IMG/VR virus record: IMGVR_UViG_3300037963_001401
Location: 1-25,187 of that record
Strand: one strand, 5' to 3'
From: a virus
Lineage: Duplodnaviria; Caudoviricetes
Length of the DNA: 25,187 nt
Shown: piece after piece, positions 1 through 7,352 of the stretch
Layout: every line of letters begins with the position of its first letter
Position numbering within the stretch: position 1 is the stretch's first letter
Notes under the pieces: model-generated
Told to the model about the DNA's origin: nothing
Seen by the model: only the letters and a program-made list of their open reading frames with translations
The model's database searches: none
Translations under genes and position numbers: made by a program

Positions 1-28
1 TATTTGAAGAATTTTTGCTTTTAAGATT

Positions 29-403
29 TTAATAGCCCCCCTCATCATTATTTTTATTTTTTTTATATATACCCTCTCTTTTATAAATTTTTATTCCTTT
101 TCTATATTCTACACCCTCTTGAGCTGATTTTTTTGCATGACACTTGTTGCATAATGTTTGCAAATTACTTTCATGTAAATTATGACCACCCTTTGAAATT
201 GGCTTTATGTGGTCTACGCAATTACCTGAGGCTATTCTTCCCTCTCTCTCACATTGTTCGCATAATGGATTGTGTTGTATATACCATTTACGAGTTGCTC
301 TCCATTGTTTAGATTGATAGAATGAACTATTGTCAGTTTGTCCATATCTTTTTTCTCTTTTAGGAATCCATGACCTTTTCTTTGCTTTTGGTAACTTAGG
401 CAT
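29..403 (-). CDS. HNH endonuclease, packaging-associated (HK97 gp74-like)
   Basis: FYQSKQWR..R, PLCEQC, VDHIKP..GG, NLQTLCNKCH motifs; lies just upstream of the terS region if the ends are joined. Confidence 0.9.
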   Translation of the reverse strand: MPKLPKAKKRSWIPKREKRYGQTDNSSFYQSKQWRATRKWYIQHNPLCEQCEREGRIASGNCVDHIKPISKGGHNLHESNLQTLCNKCHAKKSAQEGVEYRKGIKIYKREGIYKKNKNNDEGGY

Positions 404-666
404 TATATGAGTTTTTTTGCTTCATTAATTAAATCATTTTCCTCATCTTCTCTTTGCATTGCAGCCAAATCTTGGAATACTTCTAATAGATAAGCCTTAT
501 CCTTTCCTGTTGTTATTGCATTGCCTATCATTCCAAGCATAAACATATTATTGTTGAAATCAATATCATGGCTCTTATAATGAGCATTAGCGATATCTTC
601 TAAGTTTTCCATTGCATTATTAATAATCAATGTTGTGATTGCTTTTATAAATATTTTATCATCCAT
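403..666 (-). CDS. hypothetical protein
   Basis: 87-aa ORF overlapping both neighbours (translational coupling). Confidence 0.7.
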   Translation of the reverse strand: MDDKIFIKAITTLIINNAMENLEDIANAHYKSHDIDFNNNMFMLGMIGNAITTGKDKAYLLEVFQDLAAMQREDEENDLINEAKKLI

Positions 667-997
667 TCTTCTCAGTTATTAAAAAATAGTATTCTGTGTC
701 GTTCTCTAATATATATTCCATGTTTCTTGTATAATCTAATAACTTATCTCTTTCAATTCCTTCCCACATTGTATGACATCCTTTCCTTCCATTTGTATCT
801 AAACAATGATACGTAATATTATTCTTATCTGTTACTAAGTCAGGCCTTCTACTTCTTGGAATAATATGGCTATGACTTAGAGGGACATCACTTCTTCCAC
901 ACCCTGTGCAATAATGTCCTCTCTCATTAGCAATTTCTTTATAAACTTTTGTAAGCTCTCTATTAATTGTTGATTGTTTTTTGCTTACTTGTTTCAT
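659..997 (-). CDS. HNH-family Zn-binding nuclease (NinG-like position)
   Basis: CTGC...SHSHIIPRS...NITYHC...CH pattern; follows the NinB-like gene. Confidence 0.75.
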   Translation of the reverse strand: MKQVSKKQSTINRELTKVYKEIANERGHYCTGCGRSDVPLSHSHIIPRSRRPDLVTDKNNITYHCLDTNGRKGCHTMWEGIERDKLLDYTRNMEYILENDTEYYFLITEKNG

Positions 998-1380
998 TAT
1001 TCGTATGTCGGTAAATTAATATTTAATGTGTTATTGCTCCAATATAAAACATCATCCATCAACTTTGTGAACTCTTTTACAGTTAGGCTTGTTGTACTTT
1101 TCAGCTTCACTTCTTCAACTCCATTATTATTAATAGATGTTCTTTTTAAAAATTTATACTTAACTAATTCGTGCATTTCTTCTTTTGTAAATCCTGTCTC
1201 CTCACTCATAATATTAATCCATTTCCAATATAAACTATTCTGCTCAGTTGTTCTGTTGTTTGTTCTTACTTTAATTCTTATTTCTATCTCCTCGCCTTCA
1301 AATATATTCAAATTATCATTGAATCTCCTTTCATTATTAAGAATTAGTTTTCCATTTTTTATTGTGCCAAATGCCTTCAT
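997..1380 (-). CDS. ninB: NinB/YbcN-like recombination protein (start ATG 1380 preferred over TTG 1389)
   Basis: RTTEQNSLYW, EEMHELVKYKFL and STTSLTVKEFTKLMD motifs. Confidence 0.7.
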   Translation of the reverse strand: MKAFGTIKNGKLILNNERRFNDNLNIFEGEEIEIRIKVRTNNRTTEQNSLYWKWINIMSEETGFTKEEMHELVKYKFLKRTSINNNGVEEVKLKSTTSLTVKEFTKLMDDVLYWSNNTLNINLPTYE

Positions 1381-1477
1381 GTATTGCAATAAATGTTATG
1401 CCTATCAAAAATATAATCATTATTGGTAATAAGCAAGTTGTTATAGTTAATCTAATTAGTTCTTTAATAGTTTCCAT
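1337..1477 (-). CDS. small membrane peptide, 46 aa (not in ORF track)
   Basis: Hand translation METIKELIRLTITTCLLPIMIIFLIGITFIAIHEGIWHNKKWKTNS; fills the gap and overlaps both neighbours. Confidence 0.55.
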   Translation of the reverse strand: METIKELIRLTITTCLLPIMIIFLIGITFIAIHEGIWHNKKWKTNS

Positions 1478-1664
1478 AATTTGTATATTTATTTTTCCAC
1501 CTGTCTAATAAATCAAAATAAAGCTCTCTAAACTTATCAAGCTCTTTTTTTAATGAATTGATTTCATCATCCATTACATAAGTACAAGATAAGCCTCCAA
1601 TTATAAAACCGATTAGCAAACTAAAAAAGATTGCTATTAAAAAAAATATTTGTTCTTCTTTCAT
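1464..1664 (-). CDS. small membrane protein (N-terminal TM plus short coiled coil)
   Basis: Hydrophobic IFFLIAIFFSLLIGFIIGG; ATGA overlap with upstream gene. Confidence 0.65.
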   Translation of the reverse strand: MKEEQIFFLIAIFFSLLIGFIIGGLSCTYVMDDEINSLKKELDKFRELYFDLLDRWKNKYTNYGNY

Positions 1665-1870
1665 TTTCCTAAAATTAAGTTAATATTATTTGTATCTATA
1701 CAGCTGCATTGTTCTAAGTATTCTTGACACCATAAACATTTCTCACACCAAAAGCAGTAATCATACCCATCAGAATCTTTTTGCTTTTCAGTACCACAAC
1801 ATGAACAAAGATTAAGTTCTTCTTTGCAATTTATGGGATTATTAGGGTCGTTTGCAATATGTTTGTCCAT
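1661..1870 (-). CDS. Cys-rich putative metal-binding protein
   Basis: CSCC, CFWCEKCLWC and CSC in 69 aa. Confidence 0.6.
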   Translation of the reverse strand: MDKHIANDPNNPINCKEELNLCSCCGTEKQKDSDGYDYCFWCEKCLWCQEYLEQCSCIDTNNINLILGK

Positions 1871-1889
1871 AGTTTTAAACTTTTTATTG

Positions 1890-2285
1890 TTAATTAATTA
1901 ATCTCTTTTTTCCATACTCAACAGCCAATGTTGATTGTTTTCTCATTATATCTCTAATGTGAGGCTGAATTACATGATGATTGCCACATTCAAAATTATA
2001 CCATCCTTCCCAAATCTCAGATTTCATCTTATTTAGCCACTTGCACCAATTAGCAGCACTCAAAACAAAAAGCTCTGAATCTCTTATGCCATTATCAAAA
2101 GCTATTTTCACAGCTTCCATTGGAAAAAAAGCATATCTGTTTTTTAAGTCCTTTGCTAATGATTGAGCTAACATAACTTTGTTCTCAGGGTCATTGTCTT
2201 TTTGCCCTAAGTCAGCTAAGGCTTGAGTAATTATATCAACGCATAATAATTCTAAATCGTTCTTGTTTATGTTTCTAATTTCCAT
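1890..2285 (-). CDS. putative helicase loader-like protein (lambda P position)
   Basis: Helical 131-aa ORF directly downstream of the initiator; function inferred from position. Confidence 0.45.
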   Translation of the reverse strand: MEIRNINKNDLELLCVDIITQALADLGQKDNDPENKVMLAQSLAKDLKNRYAFFPMEAVKIAFDNGIRDSELFVLSAANWCKWLNKMKSEIWEGWYNFECGNHHVIQPHIRDIMRKQSTLAVEYGKKRLIN

Positions 2286-2928
2286 TTTGAATGTTTTTTA
2301 ATATTTGTTTAGCTGCATTATGACTTGAAAGCCTTTGCATTACTTTTGATTCTATTTGTCCTTTTTCTTTTCTCATGTTTTCCCAATTACGAACAGCTGC
2401 CTTCCAGTTTTTCATTTTGTTTTTTCCTACCATCCAGCCTTTGCTTTCGTAATAATTAAAAAATCTTTCAGCATTAATTTTATTTTTTCTTTCTAAGCAA
2501 TAACTCTCAATATCTTCAATTTTTGGCTTTTTAAACCTATTATTATTATTATCTGTATTATTATATATTGTATTATTATCTTCATCATTTATTAAATACC
2601 CCTCTTTAATATTTTTAATACCCTCATCGCTTTTATTAAATACCCTATTTAATTTATTAACTACCCTTATATTTCTTGAAACAATAACCTTTCCTGCTCT
2701 TGCAAATTTAATATCAATCAATCCTTTTTCATGTAGTTTAGTAATTACTTGACTGCATCTGCCTTTAGTTATTCCAAAAAACTCTGAAAAGTATTTATTA
2801 GAAGCATAGCATCCATAATCATTGTCTAATGAATCAATCTCAACTAAAAAAAGTTTTTCAATTAATTTAAGGCTTTTATTAAGCCAAACCTCTTTGGGAA
2901 TCCATATACCTTTGAAATCTCTCTCCAT
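2275..2928 (-). CDS. phage replication initiator (N-terminal wHTH, C-terminal GWMVGKNKMKNWKAA domain)
   Basis: FKGIWIPKEVW...CYASNKYFSEFFG N-terminal domain, Asn-rich linker, FFNYYESKGW..MKNWKAAVRNWE C-terminal domain; internal iterons. Confidence 0.85.
   Translation of the reverse strand: MERDFKGIWIPKEVWLNKSLKLIEKLFLVEIDSLDNDYGCYASNKYFSEFFGITKGRCSQVITKLHEKGLIDIKFARAGKVIVSRNIRVVNKLNRVFNKSDEGIKNIKEGYLINDEDNNTIYNNTDNNNNRFKKPKIEDIESYCLERKNKINAERFFNYYESKGWMVGKNKMKNWKAAVRNWENMRKEKGQIESKVMQRLSSHNAAKQILKNIQNGN
2588..2666. repeat. four iterons of a replication origin inside the initiator gene
   Basis: TTTATTAAATACCC 2588-2601, TATTTTTAATACCC 2610-2623, TTTATTAAATACCC 2632-2645, TTTATTAACTACCC 2653-2666; period 22/22/21 bp; AT-rich tract adjacent at about 2540-2580. 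Confidence 0.85.
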
Positions 2929-3299
2929 TATTCAAATAGTGTTGTTTGTCCAGTACCTCCAAAAAGAATTGTTTGCTGCTCTAATGCGTTTAAAACATCA
3001 ACCTGAGCTTTTATTCTTTGTTTTAAGCTAATGATATAATCTTGCATTTCATATATATTAGTAGCCACAAAATATCCATTAGAAGCTGAACACAATGCTG
3101 GAAGCTGATTTGTTATTCTAATATAATTAATTATTTTCCTAAGTCGTGGAGAAGATATATTAAGTGCCTTACATATTTTTGTACTTGAAACAGCATTATC
3201 TTTTCCTTGTTTTGTTTGTAGTCCTCTTATAACAACTGGGACTAATTCTAATTCTTGCTGATTTAATTCAGCTGTAATTTTCTCAAATCCTTTTATCAT
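2928..3299 (-). CDS. winged-helix DNA-binding protein (start ATG 3299 preferred)
   Basis: NAVSSTKICKALNISSPRLRKIINYIR...CSASNGYFVA wHTH pattern. Confidence 0.7.
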   Translation of the reverse strand: MIKGFEKITAELNQQELELVPVVIRGLQTKQGKDNAVSSTKICKALNISSPRLRKIINYIRITNQLPALCSASNGYFVATNIYEMQDYIISLKQRIKAQVDVLNALEQQTILFGGTGQTTLFE

Positions 3300-3699
3300 T
3301 GTTTTTATAATAAGTGTTAATTTGTGCTTGTAATTCAATCATCTGCTCTTTCATGGCTAATATGACAGCATTGCCAGAATCAAATTCCTTCATTCTTAAC
3401 TTGAACTCTTTATATTCTTCAGAGTATATGCGATATGCTTTTTTCTCTGCCATACTTAATAGAAACTCCATTTTATTACAATGATGAATGCAAGTTGCAT
3501 GATTTACTCCTTTAATATATTTTTTCATGTGAACATACTTAATTCCAAGATGTCTATTTAAGTAGAACATAAACATCCTTCTTGCTCCCATTATGACTCT
3601 TGTTCTTTTTCCCACAGTTGTTAATTCTGTAATAGGGATTTCATACATTTCTGATAATATCTTAGCAGCAGTATCAATTAATTTTTCTTTATAACTCAT
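3283..3699 (-). CDS. stand-alone DnaA C-terminal (domain IV-like) HTH protein with coiled-coil tail (start ATG 3699)
   Basis: LSEMYEIPITELTTVGKRTRVIMGARRMFMFYL...NHATCIH resembles DnaA domain IV (R.R.iv.aRqiaMYL...DHTTVlH); ATGA overlap with upstream stop. Confidence 0.75.
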   Translation of the reverse strand: MSYKEKLIDTAAKILSEMYEIPITELTTVGKRTRVIMGARRMFMFYLNRHLGIKYVHMKKYIKGVNHATCIHHCNKMEFLLSMAEKKAYRIYSEEYKEFKLRMKEFDSGNAVILAMKEQMIELQAQINTYYKNNDKRI

Positions 3700-4427
3700 A
3701 TTTCTATATTTATTACGTTTGGCTTGTTTGTCCTTTTTGTGCAATTTAATTCACATTTTCTGCAAATTGAGTAGTTGTTAATCGGCTTTGGCTTAAAATC
3801 TTGCAAATCTTTTGTGAACGTATTCAAGAGCATTCTATAATCTTCCATAGCATTTGAAGTAATATCTACACTTATAAACTTAACCCATCCACTCTTTCCA
3901 AAAACTAAATAAAAGAAAGGAAGATATACATCATAGAGTTGATAATACATTTCAACATAATGTAGAGCTTGTCTGAAATCTTTATATTGTAAATCACTCC
4001 AAGCATAAGGATTCCACTTGCAAGATTCATCTTCTCTGATAGCTGTATATTTCAAATCCATAATGGCAAGATTACCTTTATAAGTAATTAAAGCATCTGG
4101 ATGTCCTATTAATGTATCAGTTTCCCATTCTGGCTGAACTTCTATTATTTTAATATCTAAATCTTTCATTGTTTTTTTAGCAAACTCACTTAAATAAACT
4201 AAGTCAGCTTCTCTTTTAGATACGTTTCCATTTTTTAATCTTGGAATCATGCCAATAAAACTTTCATTATCTCTTGTACTTCCAATAGTTAGCTCCTCAA
4301 AAACTAAGCCATCAATCATGGCAGCAGTTGGTCTGCTTCTATATCCTTCAACAAAAAACTTTTGCCATTTTAACTCGCAAAAGTTCTCATCATAAAATGA
4401 TTTCAATGCTGATTGACTTATTTTCAT
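3696..4427 (-). CDS. Cas4-like PD-(D/E)XK exonuclease
   Basis: ISQSALKSF..C, GHPDAL, IMDLKYT, QALHY, and C-terminal CRKCELNC (split 4-Cys cluster). Confidence 0.85.
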   Translation of the reverse strand: MKISQSALKSFYDENFCELKWQKFFVEGYRSRPTAAMIDGLVFEELTIGSTRDNESFIGMIPRLKNGNVSKREADLVYLSEFAKKTMKDLDIKIIEVQPEWETDTLIGHPDALITYKGNLAIMDLKYTAIREDESCKWNPYAWSDLQYKDFRQALHYVEMYYQLYDVYLPFFYLVFGKSGWVKFISVDITSNAMEDYRMLLNTFTKDLQDFKPKPINNYSICRKCELNCTKRTNKPNVINIEI

Positions 4428-4828
4428 TTTATCTTGTTAAGTGTTTGGTTAGGCTGATTTTCTATTTCATCTTCTCCCATCATGTTTGTCCATTTCATAG
4501 TTTTGATAATACATCTCGCTAAAGCTCTTTTTTCAGCCATTTCAGCCAAAAAATGTTGTTTGCAATTATTTATAGAAGCACTCCCAAAAGTTTCAATAAT
4601 AGGAATAAACTCTTGAGCATTGCTGTCATATCTCATGCTTACTGCTTTTAATACTACATTTTCTAAATGACAAACGATAACCTCATAAGCAACTTTGATA
4701 TTATTCTGATTCTGAATTTGCTCAATTCCTGACCTTGTTATAATAACAAATCCTCTTTCGTCTTTATATACATCTTTTTCAGTTAGATTATGTAGTTTGT
4801 AAAATTTTAATAATTCTTGTCTATCCAT
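4424..4828 (-). CDS. putative single-strand annealing protein (Rad52/Sak-like)
   Basis: IITRSGIEQI, TFGSAS and EMAEKRALAR motifs; paired with the exonuclease. Confidence 0.5.
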   Translation of the reverse strand: MDRQELLKFYKLHNLTEKDVYKDERGFVIITRSGIEQIQNQNNIKVAYEVIVCHLENVVLKAVSMRYDSNAQEFIPIIETFGSASINNCKQHFLAEMAEKRALARCIIKTMKWTNMMGEDEIENQPNQTLNKIK

Positions 4829-4977
4829 TTTTTTATTAAGTTTTTAATTTTAGGATAAGCTCCTTGTAGTTTATAAGTATAGCCTTTTCCTTTGTTTATG
4901 TCTTTAAATCTTTGCATCTCACAAATTGTCAAGTTCTTTTGAACAATGTCTCCATATATATTTCTTATTTCCCACAT
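4807..4977 (-). CDS. hypothetical protein, 56 aa (not in ORF track)
   Basis: Hand translation MWEIRNIYGDIVQKNLTICEMQRFKDINKGKGYTYKLQGAYPKIKNLIKKWIDKNY; overlaps neighbours. Confidence 0.55.
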   Translation of the reverse strand: MWEIRNIYGDIVQKNLTICEMQRFKDINKGKGYTYKLQGAYPKIKNLIKKWIDKNY

Positions 4978-5081
4978 AATACAAGCATATCAACAAGTTG
5001 GCAAAGTCCTAAAAAAAAATACAAAAAGCCAAAGATTAAAGCCATTCCAGTTAAGTCCGATATAATATTATTTAATTTCAT
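4965..5081 (-). CDS. hydrophobic peptide, 38 aa (not in ORF track)
   Basis: MKLNNIISDLTGMALIFGFLYFFLGLCQLVDMLVLCGK; overlaps neighbours. Confidence 0.55.
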   Translation of the reverse strand: MKLNNIISDLTGMALIFGFLYFFLGLCQLVDMLVLCGK

Positions 5082-5217
5082 TTGTCTTATTTTTTATTTG
5101 TCTGATTAGTTTTTTTAATTTAATAACCTCCATCTTCAAATCAAAATTGTAAGCTTTTAATCTATCAACATCTTGCAAAGCCTTGTTTAATTTTACGCTT
5201 TCGTTATATGTTTCCAT
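5068..5217 (-). CDS. coiled-coil peptide, 49 aa, first gene of early operon (not in ORF track)
   Basis: METYNESVKLNKALQDVDRLKAYNFDLKMEVIKLKKLIRQIKNKTNEIK; A-rich leader, directly behind a promoter. Confidence 0.65.
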   Translation of the reverse strand: METYNESVKLNKALQDVDRLKAYNFDLKMEVIKLKKLIRQIKNKTNEIK

Positions 5218-5243
5218 TTTATTATTTATTGATTATTACAGCA

Positions 5244-5276
5244 CAAACATAAAAACATTTTAACACTTGTTGAGAA
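5244..5276 (-). promoter_or_regulatory. Bacteroidota-type early promoter
   Basis: -7 element TATGTTTG (5244-5251) matches TAnnTTTG, 26 nt upstream of ATG 5217; no clean TTTG -33 element. Confidence 0.7.
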
Positions 5277-5314
5277 TTATTATACTTTAGTTATAAACAT
5301 ATAAATGTTAATAA
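5257..5314. promoter_or_regulatory. two inverted pairs of DnaA-box-like 9-mers
   Basis: ATTTTAACA 5257-5265 / TGTTGAGAA 5268-5276 and TTATAAACA 5291-5299 / TGTTAATAA 5306-5314; three of the four match TTATCCACA/TGTGGATAA at 7/9. Confidence 0.5.
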
Positions 5315-5315
5315 T

Positions 5316-5342
5316 AGAAAAACCCCTATGAATATAGGGGCT
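5316..5342 (-). terminator. intrinsic terminator
   Basis: Minus strand CCCCTAT-ATTC-ATAGGGG followed by TTTTTCT. Confidence 0.85.
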
Positions 5343-5387
5343 AATCTTTAGAAAATAACTTAACCAAGTATATATAGTATTACGACA
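5318..5387 (-). ncRNA. candidate small RNA of about 70 nt
   Basis: Non-coding stretch bounded by TATATTTG (5391-5398) and the terminator at 5316-5342. Confidence 0.35.
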
Positions 5388-5390
5388 ATG

Positions 5391-5398
5391 CAAATATA
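5391..5398 (-). promoter_or_regulatory. perfect TAnnTTTG -7 element
   Basis: TATATTTG one base after the stop codon of the phosphoesterase gene. Confidence 0.55.
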
Positions 5399-5399
5399 A

Positions 5400-6581
5400 T
5401 TAAAAATAATGAACGAGCCTCGCAACTTGACCACTTTCTTTTTGATGTATAAAACCCTCTACTGCTTTGTGAACTCCAGTATATCCTTTTCTGCTGTGCC
5501 AACTATCAGTACCACTTGGAGACCTCATATATTCCACAGTTACACCAATGAAATCTTTTGCATCTCTCCATTTGTGCTTAATTTTATGATGCAAATGATG
5601 TAAATACCAGTATCTGTATTTTGTTTTACTCCACATTGTCGGCTTTTCTTGAGCCATTAAAAGAGGCAGATTGTCCATCTTAGCTCCATCTCCATGTTCT
5701 AATCCAATTAAGTTTAAGCCATACTGATAATATTTTCTGTGAGCCACGCTAATATCAAAAGACACTTCTTTGTCTTTTCTAAACCAGCTTTTTAAAGCAT
5801 GAGCTAAATGAAATCCACTTTGATAATCATGATTGCTCATTGAATGCAAAACATCAACACGAGCAATAATTCTGAGCCTTTCAATACATTTAACATATAA
5901 CTCTAAAGCCAACTCAAAATGTTCCCACCACTTGCCATCTGTGTCCTGAATTGTCCCTTTTGTTGTAGTTTGATATACATTATCAATATGCAGAACATCA
6001 TTACCTACACAAAAAAGAATCCTATCTATACTGAATCCTTTAGCTTTGTTTATAAGTCCCTCAATTCCCTCTAATACTCTCTCATAAGCAATGTCATTAT
6101 TATAAGCCCCTCCAGTTTCTAACTCATTAGCATATTTGCCGATGTGAATATCAGCTGGATTGATAACTAATAAATGATTAGCTTTTTTCTCTCTTTTAAT
6201 AGGAGCATAATAATGATTGTGTTTTTCTATTAAGTCAGTAATCTTTTCAAGAAGTTCATTCTCTCTTATTCTTTGCGTTTCTTTAGTAACAATGGAGAAA
6301 CGTAAATCTCCTCCCATGCTTTGCCAATGCTTGACACTTATTACATCTTCTTTGTTGATTCCCCTCTCACGTAAATGCTCATCAAGAGCTGAATTACTAT
6401 TGACATTAGAAAAATTAGGGTTTGTATCTTTGATTATAGCTGTTACTGTTCTTCTGAGATAACGACTTTTGACTTTTAAATCATATTTTTCAATTAAGAT
6501 TTCTGCTATGGCTGTATATCCTGTCCCTGAGTTCCAGAGAGCCAACATCTCATCTCTATAAATTGAATATTTACTTTGCAT
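5400..6581 (-). CDS. calcineurin-like metallophosphoesterase with N-terminal HTH-like region
   Basis: ADIHIG, GNDVLHID, SNHD, EHGD, HHLHH metal-binding motifs. Confidence 0.85.
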   Translation of the reverse strand: MQSKYSIYRDEMLALWNSGTGYTAIAEILIEKYDLKVKSRYLRRTVTAIIKDTNPNFSNVNSNSALDEHLRERGINKEDVISVKHWQSMGGDLRFSIVTKETQRIRENELLEKITDLIEKHNHYYAPIKREKKANHLLVINPADIHIGKYANELETGGAYNNDIAYERVLEGIEGLINKAKGFSIDRILFCVGNDVLHIDNVYQTTTKGTIQDTDGKWWEHFELALELYVKCIERLRIIARVDVLHSMSNHDYQSGFHLAHALKSWFRKDKEVSFDISVAHRKYYQYGLNLIGLEHGDGAKMDNLPLLMAQEKPTMWSKTKYRYWYLHHLHHKIKHKWRDAKDFIGVTVEYMRSPSGTDSWHSRKGYTGVHKAVEGFIHQKESGQVARLVHYF

Positions 6582-6613
6582 AAAAAAAACAAAGGGGGCT
6601 TTTACACCCCCTC
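6582..6613 (-). terminator. intrinsic terminator at end of late/lysis block
   Basis: Minus strand AGGGGGT-GTAAAA-GCCCCCT followed by TTGTTTTTTTT. Confidence 0.85.
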
Positions 6614-6628
6614 TGTATTATATAGAAA

Positions 6629-6853
6629 CTACTTCTTTTCCAATAGTTGATATAATATAACTAATGCTATCAATCCAACTACTCCATTTCCTCCCAGCAT
6701 ATTGATGACATCCATTACATTATTCATTACACTCATCCCCAGTACAGGGCTTCCATATAATATCTCGGCAACAATCCCAAGAGATAACATTGCCATTATT
6801 AAATTAGTTAATTTTCCGATGAAACTTATTGTTATATTAAATATATTATCCAT
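6629..6853 (-). CDS. small two-TM membrane protein
   Basis: Amphipathic N-helix, TM LIMAMLSLGIVAEILYG, second TM GVVGLIALVILYQLL, KK end. Confidence 0.8.
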   Translation of the reverse strand: MDNIFNITISFIGKLTNLIMAMLSLGIVAEILYGSPVLGMSVMNNVMDVINMLGGNGVVGLIALVILYQLLEKK

Positions 6854-6867
6854 TTTTTTTGATTTTA

Positions 6868-7224
6868 TTAATAGAGCCAGATTACTGGATTGGCTTTTTC
6901 CAATACATCTATGTCTGTGTGAATAAAAGCCTTATGCAATCCGAATCTTCGGAAACCAACGTGAGCAAGAGCATCTAAAATAATAGCTCTTGGCTTACTT
7001 TCTGAACACTTAATGTCCACAGCTAAGCCTTTAATATGTGAGCTTGTTGGATTCTTAATTGATTCTGGATGTTTTGGGCATCTATAGGCACTTGATAAGA
7101 CAAAGGGTATGTCTGCGATTGCTCTCGCTTCCTCTAACATCTCTATCAATGTAGGGTCAATCTTATTGTCCCCACAACCACACTTGCAATCAAATTCTTT
7201 TAGTGTAAAATATTTATATGTCAT
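6868..7224 (-). CDS. endolysin, Zn peptidase M15 family (M15_3-like)
   Basis: FTLKEFDCKCGCG, SAYRC, SSHIKGLAVD, FIHTD. Confidence 0.9.
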   Translation of the reverse strand: MTYKYFTLKEFDCKCGCGDNKIDPTLIEMLEEARAIADIPFVLSSAYRCPKHPESIKNPTSSHIKGLAVDIKCSESKPRAIILDALAHVGFRRFGLHKAFIHTDIDVLEKANPVIWLY

Positions 7225-7352
7225 AAAAAATAAACTTTATAAATTTTAACTCCTTTAACTTCTGAAACAAATTCTTTTCTTGTTTCTATTTTGTCTTGTT
7301 TAGTTTGATTGTATTTAGGGTTTGAACTTCCTAACTTTCTTTTCTTAGCCAC
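7221..7352 (-). CDS. basic 43-aa protein (not in ORF track)
   Basis: GTG start, MAKKRKLGSSNPKYNQTKQDKIETRKEFVSEVKGVKIYKVYFL; ATGA overlap with endolysin start. Confidence 0.65.
   Translation of the reverse strand: MAKKRKLGSSNPKYNQTKQDKIETRKEFVSEVKGVKIYKVYFL

Noticed and set aside
2588-2666. Mini CRISPR array
   Set aside because: Repeats of 14 bp with 7-8 bp gaps inside a coding gene fit iterons, not repeat-spacer units
3283-3744. Chromosomal dnaA or a dnaA pseudogene
   Set aside because: Only a domain IV-like part, intact and translationally coupled within a phage operon; no AAA+ remnants
3696-4427. CRISPR-Cas locus suggested by the Cas4-like gene
   Set aside because: No other cas genes and no repeat-spacer array; context is phage recombination
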